NCBI GenBank assembly: GCA_052279835.1
Contig: CP181291.1
Span: 2,080,001 to 2,144,000 of the forward strand
Direction: 5' to 3'
DNA length: 64,000 nucleotides
Source: Microcoleus sp.
GTDB lineage: Bacteria > Cyanobacteriota > Cyanobacteriia > Cyanobacteriales > Microcoleaceae
The position numbers and the translations under genes were made by a program. The notes under the pieces were generated by a model that was not told the origin of the DNA, did not search any database, and saw only the letters and a program-made list of their open reading frames with translations. Positions 10,201 through 20,363 of the stretch are shown one piece after another (the stretch's first letter is position 1; every line of letters begins with the position of its first letter).

Positions 10201-10251
10201 GGTCAAGTCGAAGAGATGATGACCCAGTTGGGCGCTGGAGGAAGAAGGTAA
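7207..10251 (+). CDS. MFS/NTT (TLC-like) transporter domain fused to HEAT repeats
   Basis: About 12 hydrophobic segments in the N-terminal half (NQLFNIREIKRTYP), followed by HEAT-like repeats (DPVVRGTAA, DESLRVRCALL). Confidence 0.75.
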   Translation: MDNFQISGSGGVRQGMLRSLNLRSEEVERTALMFLVYSLTSVGLIWLELSTVGLFLDEFGADKMPWIYIASAFIGSGLGFVYSWLQKILPLRRTVVVVLGMMSVPLFLFRFGIGYEDIKIAGISIAFITIFLMWLWVEACYVLNDLNTSITSNQLFNIREIKRTYPLVSSGYLVAGVVSGFSLPVLLHVVGLKNVTLISGLMVATGSILLYYLTEKYRQAFPETAHWTDDEDEDDNQEFTARKVTGPLQKYAIPLVSFFVLAEVLYVLVDFQFYSQLEYQNPGDGASWIASFLGIYEGIQGLFQVGTQWFASSRLVERIGVFVTAMILPAGIAILGVLTLGASLGNLVPVFIGLVFLRFLDELLHYTLLETVSPVLFQPIPDNIRSGIQTLVNGVGEPLSCGVTGVGILILLWVTNHILPHESENQFHDEQSLVFIAVIVLLSLVWLFVVWLIRSQYVGLLVKSAERGRLGVTDVDLKALKRAVVETLEQPGGEDDKRSCIELLTQIDPKNVGEVLAPILESLPPSLQRQSLETMLQHPNPAYLEAVRNLSDQSLPPEVLALALRYIWLTDAEPNIDSLRSYLQPTVDPVVRGTAAALIMRRGDRQQKAEATNTLRQMLTHKQERERVMGTRALGEADYLQGLRLYIPNLLQDESLRVRCALLDVISSTHSEEYYPSLIRGLGYKSTRESALQAIVKLHNDAIGLLVHLAEDIHKSDLVRLQAWTALGQIGTVEAIDILVGNLITAWGTTRRNILRILLKMPSETGIEGVLDRIGRSGVETLIEQELMFIGQIYAGMVDLSGVTTYGNLSMEDVNSDSEPAADTAQLLRRALAGLEADATDRCFLLMKFLYPLDTVQAAAFNIASGQPSLVARGLEILDNTVDIASKRSLINLLDQHSEREKLSNLSELMVYKPLAPSDRLRRLLELRHFLSDWTLACCFHLAREARWTLTAQQTLVCLRHPTGFVREAVLAYLKIASPRALLELLPRLQNDPDRLVSGQVEEMMTQLGAGGRR

Positions 10252-10380
10252 TATTGGGGATTGGGAAAACAGGGCATTGGGTATGGCAAATCAATTACTA
10301 ATTACCAATTACCAGTTAGCTCACTCGCAATCCCTTTGGCTGCTGATTTTTTAAGTTTAAATTAATCATTGCATTGCACT

Positions 10381-10857
10381 ATGTTAACCAGCGTTGAACG
10401 CCTATTATTTGTGAGGGCGGTTCCGATTTTTAAGGAACTGCGGGATGATTTTCTCGTGCGTCTAGCATCGGTAATGGATGAACTTTCCTTTCCTTCTAAA
10501 CACACAATTTTTACGGAAGGACAGGAAGGTCGATCGCTCTATATTTTGGTATCGGGAACGGTGCGCGTTCACATTGGCGATCGGGATTTGGCACAGTTAA
10601 AAGCTGGTGCTTGTTTTGGTGAAATGTCGCTATTTGATGCGGAACCGCGATCGGCTTCTATTACGGCTCTTGAACCTTGCGAGTGTTTGATGTTGACTCA
10701 AATGCAGCTCTATGACGCTATTGATGAAACACCGGGAATTGCTGTGAATATTATCCGTTTGCTGTCGCGCCGGATTCGCGAATTGAATCAAAAGTTGAAT
10801 GCTAAAGAAGCGGTTCTGTCTTTACCGGATACTGCTAAAGTTGCTGAGTTGCGATAA
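10381..10857 (+). CDS. cyclic nucleotide-binding domain protein
   Basis: IFTEGQEGRSLYILVSG, FGEMSLFDAEPRSAS. Confidence 0.9.
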   Translation: MLTSVERLLFVRAVPIFKELRDDFLVRLASVMDELSFPSKHTIFTEGQEGRSLYILVSGTVRVHIGDRDLAQLKAGACFGEMSLFDAEPRSASITALEPCECLMLTQMQLYDAIDETPGIAVNIIRLLSRRIRELNQKLNAKEAVLSLPDTAKVAELR

Positions 10858-10885
10858 TTGTGACTTGGTACGGGGGAATTGCTAA

Positions 10886-11025
10886 GAGACATCTCCTATC
10901 ATCCTTGTGGAGTAGGTATCCTACCCCAGAATTGATTTTTAGGAGATTTCTAATAGACATCTCCCATCATGCTGGTGGGGTAGGCAAAACAGCCTGTTCT
11001 TCACTATCTTTTTAGGAGATGTCTC
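10886..11025. repeat. Two tandem MITE-like units (AGACATCTCC...GGAGATGTCT family)
   Basis: Outer 13-bp inverted repeat GAGACATCTCCTA/TAGGAGATGTCTC; internal junction near 10950; same family as 7046-7116. Confidence 0.75.
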
Positions 11026-11074
11026 AGCAGCAAATACCGGATTTTTTTCAGAAGTCGGTTATCTCACCATCGCT

Positions 11075-11419
11075 TTAAACTAAGCGGAAAATAAACGGGT
11101 AGCGGTAGGGTAGGTTGGGGTTTTGTAAAACGTGGAGAATCGCAAAAATTGTCAGTCCCCAATGTAATAGATAACCTAGGGGTATCAGGACAAACCCAGC
11201 CAGACCGAAAGTAATGATAGTTAACACCGCAATAATGCTGCTGTAGAGCCAGACATTCAGGTGAAAATTGATGGCTTCTTTGGCGTTATCTTTGACAACG
11301 GGGTCATCCGATACTAATAATACAGCGATCGGCACTCCGATGGAAAACAATAACGTGCTCAAAAAAATTGCGCCGTGGCACAGTAGTGATAGCAGCTTCC
11401 GCTTGTCGGAGTCGTACAT
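11075..11419 (-). CDS. DUF4870 (Tic20-like) membrane protein
   Basis: VKDNAKEAINF and YRYPFIFRLV motifs, three TM helices. Confidence 0.8.
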   Translation of the reverse strand: MYDSDKRKLLSLLCHGAIFLSTLLFSIGVPIAVLLVSDDPVVKDNAKEAINFHLNVWLYSSIIAVLTIITFGLAGFVLIPLGYLLHWGLTIFAILHVLQNPNLPYRYPFIFRLV

Positions 11420-11600
11420 ATTACTTTTCTCTTGAATTTATGATAAGTTTACCTTTAATCATAAATTTAGCACAGGCTATAATGGCAGTCTGGTGATGAT
11501 TCCCCTACCTTATTTCCGATCGCCGAAAACCAAGGGGTAACAAACCGCGGATTGAGCCGTGGGATTAATCTCAAATCTAAAATCTAAAATCTAAAACCGG

Positions 11601-13229
11601 ATGACCACAGAACTTGAAACCGAACTGCAAACTGCTGTTGAGCGCCGACGCAACTTTGCGATTATCTCACACCCCGACGCGGGTAAAACTACTCTAACAG
11701 AAAAGTTGCTGCTTTACGGAGGTGCAATTCATGAAGCTGGTTCTGTGAAAGCCCGTCGAACTCAGCGACACGCTACTTCTGACTGGATGGAAATGGAACA
11801 GCAGCGGGGAATTTCGATTACCTCTACTGTATTGCAGTTTGAGTATAAAAAATATCACATTAATCTGCTGGATACTCCGGGACACCAAGATTTTAGTGAA
11901 GATACTTATCGGACTCTGGCGGCGGCGGATAATGCGGTGATGTTGGAGGATGCGGCTAAGGGTTTGGAACCGCAAACTCGGAAGTTATTTGAAGTTTGTA
12001 AGCTGCGCAGTCTGCCTATATTTACATTCTTTAATAAGCTCGATCGCCCTAGCAGAGAACCTTTAAATTTGTTGGACGAAATTGAGCGAGAATTGGGCTT
12101 GCAGACTTATCCGGTGAATTGGCCAATCGGTACGGGCGATCGCTTTAAAGGTGTTTTTGACCGCCGCCAACGTAAAATTCACTTGTTCGAGCGCACTCAA
12201 CATGGTTCTCGCGCCGCTATTGATACGGTGATTGACTTGGGCGATCCGCGTATTGAAGAACTTTTGGAGTCGGATATTTATTATCAATTTAAAGATGATT
12301 TGGAACTGCTCGATGAATTATGGGATGAGCTAGATTTAGACTTGGTTGCTGCTGGAAAAATGACGCCGGTTTTCTTTGGCAGTGCGATGAGTAATTTTGG
12401 GGTTGAGCTGTTTTTAGATGCGTTTTTAGACTATGCTCTGAAACCGAATGCCCGCAAAAGCAGCGCTGGAGAACTTCCGCCAACCTATGAAGATTTTACT
12501 GGGTTTGTGTTTAAATTGCAAGCAAATATGGACCCCAGACACCGCGATCGCGTGGCGTTTATTCGGGTGTGTACTGGTAAGTTTGAAAAGGACATGAATG
12601 TGACTCACGCTCGGAGTGGTAAAACGGTGCGTTTGTCAAGACCTCAAAAATTATTTGCTCAGGATCGGGAGTCCATCGATGTTGCTTATCCTGGGGATGT
12701 GATTGGTTTGAATAATCCGGGAGTTTTTGCGATCGGCGATACGATTTACACTGGTCAAAAGCTAGAATATGAAGGGATTCCCTGTTTTTCACCGGAACTT
12801 TTTGCTTATTTGAGAAATCCCAATCCTTCTAAATTCAAGCAGTTTCGTAAGGGTATTTCGGAGTTGCAGGAAGAAGGCGCGGTGCAAATTATGTATTCGG
12901 TTGATGAGTCAAAACGGGAGCCAATTCTAGCGGCTGTGGGACAGTTGCAATTTGAGGTGGTGCAGTTCAGAATGCAGTCTGAATATAATGTAGAAACCAG
13001 CATCGATATGTTGCCTTATAGTGTTGCTCGCTGGGTTGATGGTGGTTGGGATGCCCTGGCAAAAGTGGGGCGGCTGTTTAATACGGTGACGGTTAAGGAT
13101 AGTTGGGGAAGGCCTGTTTTACTGTTTAGAAATGAGTGGAATTGTCAGCAGGTGGAAGGGGAACATCCGGTGTTGAAATTAAATGCGATCGCACCTGTGG
13201 TTTCTGGTTTGGCAAAGACCGAAAATTGA
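11601..13229 (+). CDS. prfC: peptide chain release factor 3
   Basis: [35 protein letters not shown]. Confidence 0.98.
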   Translation: MTTELETELQTAVERRRNFAIISHPDAGKTTLTEKLLLYGGAIHEAGSVKARRTQRHATSDWMEMEQQRGISITSTVLQFEYKKYHINLLDTPGHQDFSEDTYRTLAAADNAVMLEDAAKGLEPQTRKLFEVCKLRSLPIFTFFNKLDRPSREPLNLLDEIERELGLQTYPVNWPIGTGDRFKGVFDRRQRKIHLFERTQHGSRAAIDTVIDLGDPRIEELLESDIYYQFKDDLELLDELWDELDLDLVAAGKMTPVFFGSAMSNFGVELFLDAFLDYALKPNARKSSAGELPPTYEDFTGFVFKLQANMDPRHRDRVAFIRVCTGKFEKDMNVTHARSGKTVRLSRPQKLFAQDRESIDVAYPGDVIGLNNPGVFAIGDTIYTGQKLEYEGIPCFSPELFAYLRNPNPSKFKQFRKGISELQEEGAVQIMYSVDESKREPILAAVGQLQFEVVQFRMQSEYNVETSIDMLPYSVARWVDGGWDALAKVGRLFNTVTVKDSWGRPVLLFRNEWNCQQVEGEHPVLKLNAIAPVVSGLAKTEN

Positions 13230-13284
13230 GTGAAGTAATAGTATGATTTAGCCTCAAAGACTAATAGGAAATTAATTCCGCACA

Positions 13285-13388
13285 TGGGTGCGTCGCCCTC
13301 CGCGATGATGACTACGGGTAGGAATTCAGTGGCGACGCACCACAGCAAATACTCACAGGGGTGCGTCGCTAGGATTGGCGATCGCACC
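13285..13388. repeat. REP-like palindromic repeats
   Basis: GGTGCGTCGC...GCGACGCACC followed by a second GGTGCGTCGC...GCGATCGCACC copy. Confidence 0.65.
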
Positions 13389-13620
13389 TTGGTCGGAGAA
13401 AAAAAGGGCGATCGACCTTTTTCCGCTAAAACCACTCACAAAAGCTGAGCTAGCTCTCATTTAGTTTGTATATTGTAATTATTAAAAAAAACTATATTTT
13501 TTTTCGCGTTGTTTTCGCTGCTCCCTGTGCGTTTAACAGCAATAGTTAAATGCGTATTAGCTTCTCGGCACGCAGCCAAAAGTTTTGTTACAATAGGTGA
13601 GCTGTTACAAAACGTAACTT

Positions 13621-13824
13621 ATGCTGGTTTCTATTTTAATAATTGATGTTGCTCTAGTTGCGTGGTCTTTGCACTTAATGCAGGAGGCGATCGCACAACG
13701 AGAATTTTCACTAATGCTAGCCGGCACCCTAGTTGCGGCTTCAGCAGCAGCCTTGGTAGTGGTCTACTTCCTGATGGGGTCTTGTTTGAGTCATTTGACC
13801 GAAATATCTCAACACACATACTAA
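13621..13824 (+). CDS. small two-TM membrane protein, hypothetical
   Basis: ATG start, 67 aa, two hydrophobic helices, isolated in an intergenic region. Confidence 0.65.
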   Translation: MLVSILIIDVALVAWSLHLMQEAIAQREFSLMLAGTLVAASAAALVVVYFLMGSCLSHLTEISQHTY

Positions 13825-13925
13825 TCTATAGTACAGATGGAAAATTGCCATGAAGCCAGGAGGCGTTAAAAAAAAGGCTATAAACCTTGTCAGTCAAGGA
13901 TAAAAAATTCATTTTGCAAAAAAGC

Positions 13926-13955
13926 TTGACAAACATCGGTAAGTTAAGGCATTAT
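13926..13955 (+). promoter_or_regulatory. tRNA promoter
   Basis: TTGACA-N18-CATTAT about 20 nt upstream of the tRNA, AT-rich upstream region. Confidence 0.55.
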
Positions 13956-13973
13956 GAAAAGCGCGAAACAAAA

Positions 13974-14046
13974 GGGGAATTAGCTCAGTTGGTAGAGCAC
14001 TACGATGGCATTGTAGGGGTCAGCGGTTCGAGCCCGCTATTCTCCA
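13974..14046 (+). tRNA. tRNA-Ala(GGC)
   Basis: Acceptor stem GGGGAAT/ATTCTCC with G3:U70; D arm AGCTCAGTTGGTAGAGC; anticodon loop ATGGCAT; T loop GGTTCGAG; CCA not encoded. Confidence 0.97.
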
Positions 14047-14191
14047 TAAACAAATAACTAACGATATAATTCCGATGCGACCGGAAACGATATTAATTGT
14101 TGCACCGTTCCCCGATCGACAACGAGGTCTGAACCAATTTTTATTTGAGACCTCTTCTGAAATCCCCTTGACAACTGGCATACAGGCTTAA

Positions 14192-14220
14192 CTTGTTACC
14201 AGGAAGAGCCTGGTAACGAG
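14192..14220. repeat. REP-like palindrome
   Basis: CTTGTTACCAGG-AAGAG-CCTGGTAACGAG. Confidence 0.6.
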
Positions 14221-14243
14221 TAACAAACCCGCCCTCTGGCATA

Positions 14244-14615
14244 CTACTCTTGCCGCTCGACAGCGATAGTCAAATGAGCGACAAATACTCCCACCGTCGC
14301 CAGTGCAGCAGCAACAGGAAATACTATCGCCCCTGCGACGCTACCCACCAATCCCGCCATCAGCGGAATGTCTGCCAGAGTCCGCCCTTGGGAGTTTTTG
14401 ATGACGAGGCGGCGGAGTTTTCCTTGTTGAACTAATTCTTTGATTCTCGCTCTTAAAGACTCGCCACTAATCTTAAACTCTTCAACTCTGACTTTTTCCT
14501 CAGTTGAAAAACCTGAAGTGAATAAAGGAGTTTCAACTGTTGTGTTTGTCGTATCGGCGACTGCGGCTGTTTCTTCTTGTAGAATAGTTACTTGTTGTTC
14601 TAGTTGTGAGTTCAT
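14244..14615 (-). CDS. DUF4342 domain protein
   Basis: EEFKISGESLRARIKELVQQGKLRRLVIKN...IPL plus hydrophobic C-terminus. Confidence 0.8.
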   Translation of the reverse strand: MNSQLEQQVTILQEETAAVADTTNTTVETPLFTSGFSTEEKVRVEEFKISGESLRARIKELVQQGKLRRLVIKNSQGRTLADIPLMAGLVGSVAGAIVFPVAAALATVGVFVAHLTIAVERQE

Positions 14616-14927
14616 TTTGTGTAATGGCGGGTGAAAACCAGCCGTTGAATTTCTATACTTTTATTTTGTGCGATCGCCACTAGCTACGACAGGCAAGGAA
14701 ACCCTACAATCTAGATTCGTACTTTCCACCCAAGCCTTTTAACTCAAAACCATATCTCTCTTCTCTTCCTCTGTGTCCTCTGCGTCCTCTGCGGTTAAAG
14801 CATTCCAGAATTGTGCATAAAGAAGCAGTATTGGCTGCCTCGACGTGCATCCAACACTAGAATTAATAGTTAGCGGTTAATGGTTAAAAATTGGCAATAA
14901 CCAATAACCAATAACCAATAACTTAAA

Positions 14928-16403
14928 TTATTTATGTCTAATTAGCTCGTAAATTTCTACATAATCTTTAGCTGGATATTTCCACGAATTATCACAATTC
15001 ATGCCTTGAACCACCAGTTTTTCAAATTCATCGTGGTAGTCATACCACAAGCCGATCGCCCGATCCAATGCTGATTCTAGAGCATAGTAGTCGCTTTGGT
15101 AGAATACATAGCCGTTGCGTACTTCTGGGAGATGGTTGGTATCGTAATCGCGATCGAACACAGTATTCACCAAACCTCCAACTCCCCGCACCACAGGCAC
15201 TGTCCCATACCTCAACCCGATCATCTGAGTCAGCCCACAGGGTTCGTAATTGCTCGGAACCACAATTAGATCCGCACCCCCATAAATTAAGTGGGAAAGT
15301 TCCTCATTAAATCCGAGTTCCAAATGGCAGTCTGGATTGTCATTTAAAAACCATTTTTCGTGCTGGAAATGCGCATTAATTCCCGCTTCTGTAGCCGAAC
15401 CTAGAAGCACAAACTGTGCTCCTTTATTGAGAGCATAGTAAAGGGCGTGGTGGACGAGATGAACGCCTTTTTGATCATCTAAACGACCAATAAAGGTAAT
15501 GATTGGCTTGTCAGCATCTCGCAGCAAAAGTCGCTCGCGTAAAGCCTGTTTAGTTTTAGCTTTTCCCGCCAAATCTTCCTGGGTGTAGTGGTGAGGAATG
15601 TAGCGATCGCTTTCTGGATTCCACACATCATAATCAATACCGTTGAGCACTCCACGGAACTTATCTTGATATAAATGCAAAGTGTGGCCTAAACCGTAGC
15701 CAAACTCACCCACATGAGCTTCCCAAGCGTGGTGTGGCGATACCGTGGTCACAAAGTTAGAGTAAACAATGCCACCTTTCATAAAGTTGATGGCAAAAGG
15801 GTTAAAATTATCTTGGAGGCGATCGTACTGAAAATAATAATCCTCTCTATTCAAACCCGTTGCTTGCAGAATTTCGCTACCACCCATACCTTGATGTTTG
15901 AAATTGTGAATGGTATAGCAGACTCGCTGATTTTCCATCCAATTATATTTGTAAATTTCAAATAACATGACAGGCACCAAACCAGTTTGCCAATCGTGAC
16001 AGTGAATAATATCAGGGCGTTTGTTAGCTCTGAGTAAAAATTCCAAAGCGGCTTTGCTGAAGAAAGCAAACCGCATATTGTCATCATTGCAACCGTAATA
16101 ACAGCCACGGTTAAAAAAGTTATCTTGAGAACGAGGTTCAATGAAAAAACATAACTGGCCATGCACCCAGCCACAAAAAACATCACAGAGGATTTCGCCA
16201 CCGTACCAAGGGACTGGGAGATCCCGATAGGCATCGTGCAATCCCCAAATGTGGTCATACCTCATGCAGTCGTACTTGGGTAGAATAATCTCCACTGCAT
16301 GGCCTGAATTCTGCAATTGGCGACTCAAACCATAAACTACGTCGCCCAAGCCTCCTGCTTTGATGACAGGGGCGCATTCCGAGGCAATTTGTACGATGTA
16401 CAT
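14928..16403 (-). CDS. glgA: glycogen synthase
   Basis: ASECAPVIKAGGLGDVV, HCHDWQT, PSNYEPCGLTQ. Confidence 0.96.
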   Translation of the reverse strand: MYIVQIASECAPVIKAGGLGDVVYGLSRQLQNSGHAVEIILPKYDCMRYDHIWGLHDAYRDLPVPWYGGEILCDVFCGWVHGQLCFFIEPRSQDNFFNRGCYYGCNDDNMRFAFFSKAALEFLLRANKRPDIIHCHDWQTGLVPVMLFEIYKYNWMENQRVCYTIHNFKHQGMGGSEILQATGLNREDYYFQYDRLQDNFNPFAINFMKGGIVYSNFVTTVSPHHAWEAHVGEFGYGLGHTLHLYQDKFRGVLNGIDYDVWNPESDRYIPHHYTQEDLAGKAKTKQALRERLLLRDADKPIITFIGRLDDQKGVHLVHHALYYALNKGAQFVLLGSATEAGINAHFQHEKWFLNDNPDCHLELGFNEELSHLIYGGADLIVVPSNYEPCGLTQMIGLRYGTVPVVRGVGGLVNTVFDRDYDTNHLPEVRNGYVFYQSDYYALESALDRAIGLWYDYHDEFEKLVVQGMNCDNSWKYPAKDYVEIYELIRHK

Positions 16404-16685
16404 TTTTCGTGTTAACTCCTAGGTGAATCAAAAATATTTTCTTAATTGGACAAATTATATAATTTTTAAGTAAATAAGCAAGTCGGCCATTGGAAATAAA
16501 AAGCTCCCCCCCCGATGGTTGGGCAGTTTAAACCGCTTAAAAGTCAAACAAAGACGACTGCAAGAGAACTTAGTAAATAAACGGGTATTTCAGCCGGAAT
16601 GACTACTTATTAATAAACATCTTCCGAAAAGCCTGTTAAGAACAGGCAGGATGCCTGTTCCACAATAGTTATGTCTAACTAAGGA

Positions 16686-17726
16686 CTATCGATCGAGCTT
16701 ACGCTGAATTTGCTTCAAAGATTGGTACATTTCTGGGAGGCGGTTGTAGACAGCGGCGGCTTTGAGAAATAGTTTGTGGGGAATTGCCGGCACACCAGTC
16801 ACGATCGCGCCTGGTGCCACATCACTATGAATTCCGGCTTTCGCTGTGGCGATCGCCCCATCTCCAATTTTAGCTTGATTAGCAATCCCGACTTGACCAG
16901 CCAAAATCACATTATTGCCAATTTTGACCCCACCAGCCATGCCAACATGAGCAGCAAAGGCGCAATTTTTCCCAACTTGACAGCCATGACCGACGTGTAC
17001 TAGATTGTCAATCTTGGTATTTTGACCAATGCGGGTTTCTCCAACAGCCGGTCTGTCAATGGTGCTGTTGCAACCCACCTCAACGCCATCTTCCAAAACA
17101 GTGCACCCAGACTGCTCCATTTTCACCCACCCTGTCCCTGTCGGCACGAACCCAAAACCTTCGCTCCCGATCGCCGCACCGCTATGAATCACGCAATTTG
17201 CCCCAATGCGAGTACGTTCGTGAATCACACAGTTAGCGTGTAAAACAGTGCCAGAGCCTATTTCCGCATCTGGGTAAATTACCACATTGGGATGAATGCA
17301 AACATTGCTGCCAATTTTCACTCCTGGTTGAATCACGGCGTGGGGGCCTATATAGACATTTTCACCAATTTGTGCGGTGGGGTGAATGGTGGCAGAGGAA
17401 TGGATTTCTGAGGTTGGGCGAAACGGTTGATAAAACAGGGCGATGGTTTGAGCAAACAACAGTCGGGGATCGGGTGCGGCTATCCAAGCAATGTGGCGAT
17501 CGTCACATTCAGCCTGGAGGCTTTCATCTAAGGGCAAAATTAAGGCAGAAGCATTTGTCGAGGCTGCATGGGAGGCAAATTTCGCACCTTCTATATAACT
17601 GATTTTGTCCGACGCAGCTTCATCAACTGGGGCGGCGCCAGTAATTTCAGGATCGGTAGCCACCGACGCTGTGAGTGTGCGACTGCTGGCTAAATTCAGT
17701 TTTTCTACGACTTGGCTAAATTTCAT
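16686..17726 (-). CDS. lpxD: UDP-3-O-(3-hydroxymyristoyl)glucosamine N-acyltransferase
   Basis: Hexapeptide repeats, IGSEGFGF, TKIDNLVHVGHGC. Confidence 0.96.
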   Translation of the reverse strand: MKFSQVVEKLNLASSRTLTASVATDPEITGAAPVDEAASDKISYIEGAKFASHAASTNASALILPLDESLQAECDDRHIAWIAAPDPRLLFAQTIALFYQPFRPTSEIHSSATIHPTAQIGENVYIGPHAVIQPGVKIGSNVCIHPNVVIYPDAEIGSGTVLHANCVIHERTRIGANCVIHSGAAIGSEGFGFVPTGTGWVKMEQSGCTVLEDGVEVGCNSTIDRPAVGETRIGQNTKIDNLVHVGHGCQVGKNCAFAAHVGMAGGVKIGNNVILAGQVGIANQAKIGDGAIATAKAGIHSDVAPGAIVTGVPAIPHKLFLKAAAVYNRLPEMYQSLKQIQRKLDR

Positions 17727-17785
17727 CTATAAAAATGTGTGATTAACAGGGATTTACCATTGTTAAAATTAGCAGGTTTGGAGCA

Positions 17786-17895
17786 CTGTATTAAACTCTC
17801 TCTTCTCTTCCTCTTTCCCCCCTTGGGGGGGGCCGGGGGGGGTCGTCCTTAGCGCCTTCGCGGTTAAATCATTCCGATACAACCGGAATTGATAT
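17786..17895. repeat. Dispersed ~85-bp repeat carrying a nested C/G-run element
   Basis: Near reverse-complement copy at 51989-52070; partial copies at 14755-14808 and 25763-25827; nested CCCCCCTTGGGGGGG element at about 17817-17843. Confidence 0.8.
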
Positions 17896-17978
17896 CAGGC
17901 GTCCAGGACTACACAATAGCAAGAACCCCGACTTTTTTGCGAAGCCGGGGCTCTAACAGAAATTATTTTTCGCAGTTG

Positions 17979-18293
17979 TTATTGTACGGAAACTGCATCG
18001 ACATCAACGGTGCTGGTTTTAGCTTCAGAAGGGCTGCCGGTGGCTTCAGATGTGGAATTTGTCTGAGCCTGGCGGGATTTAAAATAGTCGATCGACATTT
18101 GGGAAACTTCCGAAATCAGTAGCACGGCGATCGCCACATCGTCAATTTGTCCAACCACCGGCAGGAAATCCGGGGCAATGTCGATCGGGCTTACGAGATA
18201 TGCTAGGGTTCCCAAAATAATCCACCAGCGGTACTTGGGGTTACGGATGGTGTCGCGGTACCAGTTGTAAACAGATTGTATAGAAAAGTTCAT
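17979..18293 (-). CDS. YkvA/DUF1232 family membrane protein
   Basis: YLVSPIDIAPDFLPVVGQIDD. Confidence 0.9.
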   Translation of the reverse strand: MNFSIQSVYNWYRDTIRNPKYRWWIILGTLAYLVSPIDIAPDFLPVVGQIDDVAIAVLLISEVSQMSIDYFKSRQAQTNSTSEATGSPSEAKTSTVDVDAVSVQ

Positions 18294-18489
18294 GGGGTTG
18301 TCCTCTACTTATATTTTCAATCTTTACAGATTCTCCCTCGAAACGTTTGTGGAGATATCCCCCCTAGGGTTGGTTAGAGAATCCTACTTGGAAGTATGGG
18401 GAATTGGGCATTGGGAATTGGGCTACCCCATTAGTGTCAACTTAACGTCAAACCCATTCACAGATGGCTGTTTGACCATTAAACTTAGA

Positions 18490-18625
18490 TCCCCCCTAAC
18501 CCCCCTTAAGAAGGGGGGGACAGGAGTCTTCTCTTTCCTCCTCCTTCCCCCCTTGGGGCAGGGCTGTTTCATTCTCCGAAAAATCCGGGTTTTGTAGGGG
18601 CGGTGGCCAGAGTGCCCGCCCCCCT
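18490..18625. repeat. Cluster of C/G-run REP-like repeats
   Basis: CCCCCTAACCCCCCTTAAGAAGGGGGGG; GTAGGGGCGGTGGCCAGAGTGCCCGCCC. Confidence 0.7.
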
Positions 18626-19007
18626 CACAGATTAGTGTTCTGTCAACTACTGCTATTTTCAATTTTCAAACGGTTCTGTAGCGAACAGTTTTTTAGTATA
18701 AAATGAAACTCATATTTTTCAATATTTTGAACAGGTCGATCGACGGAATTACCGACACTTTTATAACTCAAATTCAGCAAAAACGAACATTTATTAATGC
18801 TAAAAATTGTATAAATCAACGTATCTATTAATTTTCAGCATCATCTAATTTTATATCTAGCTATCATCCTCCCATTTTAATAATTACTGAAAACCTCAAT
18901 ATCGACACAAGTTCTCTAAGTATATATCGTAAAAATTAGTATCATAAAATACCCGTAGTTGAAAAAGTGCTCGACCATGAATTTAATCCCCAAAATCCTC
19001 CCCCTTA

Positions 19008-20117
19008 CTAACCTTGAAACGTCCATTTTTGGTCGCCGATCGCAATTTCGCAGCCACTGGTTAGCCAAAAAGGTTCCTGAGCCGCCAGTCTTTGTCCGCC
19101 AACAAAAGTACCATTGGAACTGCCACAATCCACAAGCTGATACCGCTGTTTTCCTTGTTCGTCATTGGCCCGACGGATTTGAGCATGGTAGCGGGAACTT
19201 TGCGGATCTTGTAACACTAAAGTATTGCTCGGTTCCCGTCCGATAGTAAAGGGATTGGCGGTGAGGGCGATCGCCTGTCCTGAAAGTTTGTATACTAAGT
19301 ATGCGGTTGTTTGGCGATCGCTACTTGCCAATACCGTCGGTGCAAGTTGGGGGCGATTCTGGGCGGATGGTAAACTATTTTGAGCCAGTTGTGCTGTCAG
19401 TTCTTGTAAATCGCGATCGAATCCAGCGCTATCAGAAGTTGGCAGATTTGCTGGAGATTGAGCTGATATTAAGTTTAACTGTTGTACGGGAGCTTGAGGC
19501 AGAATAGGTCGCCCTGCTTCGGCAATTCTCATTTGTAGGGATGCGGAATTTTCTGCTTCTTGTCTAGCGCTCATTCCTTCAACTTGGCGAATCACTCCGT
19601 TGGTTTCGGGAAAGCTAACATCGCCAATTCTGACATCTTCTAAGGTAAATCCTAAAGTGTAGAAATCTTGGACGCGATCGAGTAAATTTTGGCGCAGCAA
19701 CAGCCTTCCTTGACTAATAAGCTGGTTGAGGGGAATTTGCCCGATCGCAACTCCCATGCAATCTTTCACAGCACTTGCTAAAGCCGCTATGGGATCGGAC
19801 AATTCCAAAGCTACTCTTTTGGGGTCTATAACTTGATAAATAACTGTCAGTGTAGCATCAATTAAAAACCGGTCTTTCGACAAAAAATCTCCTTGGGATT
19901 GCACGTCCAAGTTACGCAGTTTGGTATCTACCAGGACAATTTGACACTGTTCCAGCAAGGGAAGGGCGAAGGTGAAATGGCGTCCCGCTTTCAGGGTACG
20001 CACCACGCGGCCGTTTTTGACCACCAAACCCGCGTAACCGGCCCCAATAAAGTCCATGCTAAAGCCGGCCCAGCGTTCGGGTGTAACGGTTTGAATCAGG
20101 GGAGAAGCGTTGTTCAT
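19008..20117 (-). CDS. SPFH/Band-7 domain fused to C-terminal FHA domain
   Basis: N-terminal band-7-like (VVRTLKAGRHF, LSKDRFLIDATLTVIYQVIDP); FHA motifs TIGREPSN, SSRYHAQI, SSNGTFV. Confidence 0.8.
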   Translation of the reverse strand: MNNASPLIQTVTPERWAGFSMDFIGAGYAGLVVKNGRVVRTLKAGRHFTFALPLLEQCQIVLVDTKLRNLDVQSQGDFLSKDRFLIDATLTVIYQVIDPKRVALELSDPIAALASAVKDCMGVAIGQIPLNQLISQGRLLLRQNLLDRVQDFYTLGFTLEDVRIGDVSFPETNGVIRQVEGMSARQEAENSASLQMRIAEAGRPILPQAPVQQLNLISAQSPANLPTSDSAGFDRDLQELTAQLAQNSLPSAQNRPQLAPTVLASSDRQTTAYLVYKLSGQAIALTANPFTIGREPSNTLVLQDPQSSRYHAQIRRANDEQGKQRYQLVDCGSSNGTFVGGQRLAAQEPFWLTSGCEIAIGDQKWTFQG

Positions 20118-20363
20118 GGGAGGAGTTGAGGGAAGGGAGATTCTACTGTTAGGGTAACAAATTGCTGGGGGCGAGCGATCGGGCAGTGTGCCGGTTCAGC
20201 AACCTCTATTCTATACTTCAGGACTCCGGGTGATTCAGCCCGGACTGAATCTAGTTTGCATCTAGTTGGTAGCCAGAGTCATCTAAATGCTGTTTGCAGT
20301 CAAATATAGAAGCAATTAATTCTTTAGTTGATTGCGCTGGTCAAAAAATAGTTTCTCCCTCAA

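Noticed and set aside
13586..13618. HLR1 (RpaB) site upstream of the small membrane protein
   Set aside because: Two GTTACA half-sites are present but 9 nt apart, not the 2-nt spacing of HLR1.
14047..14243. Integrated island at tRNA-Ala
   Set aside because: No integrase and no duplicated tRNA 3' end seen in the window.
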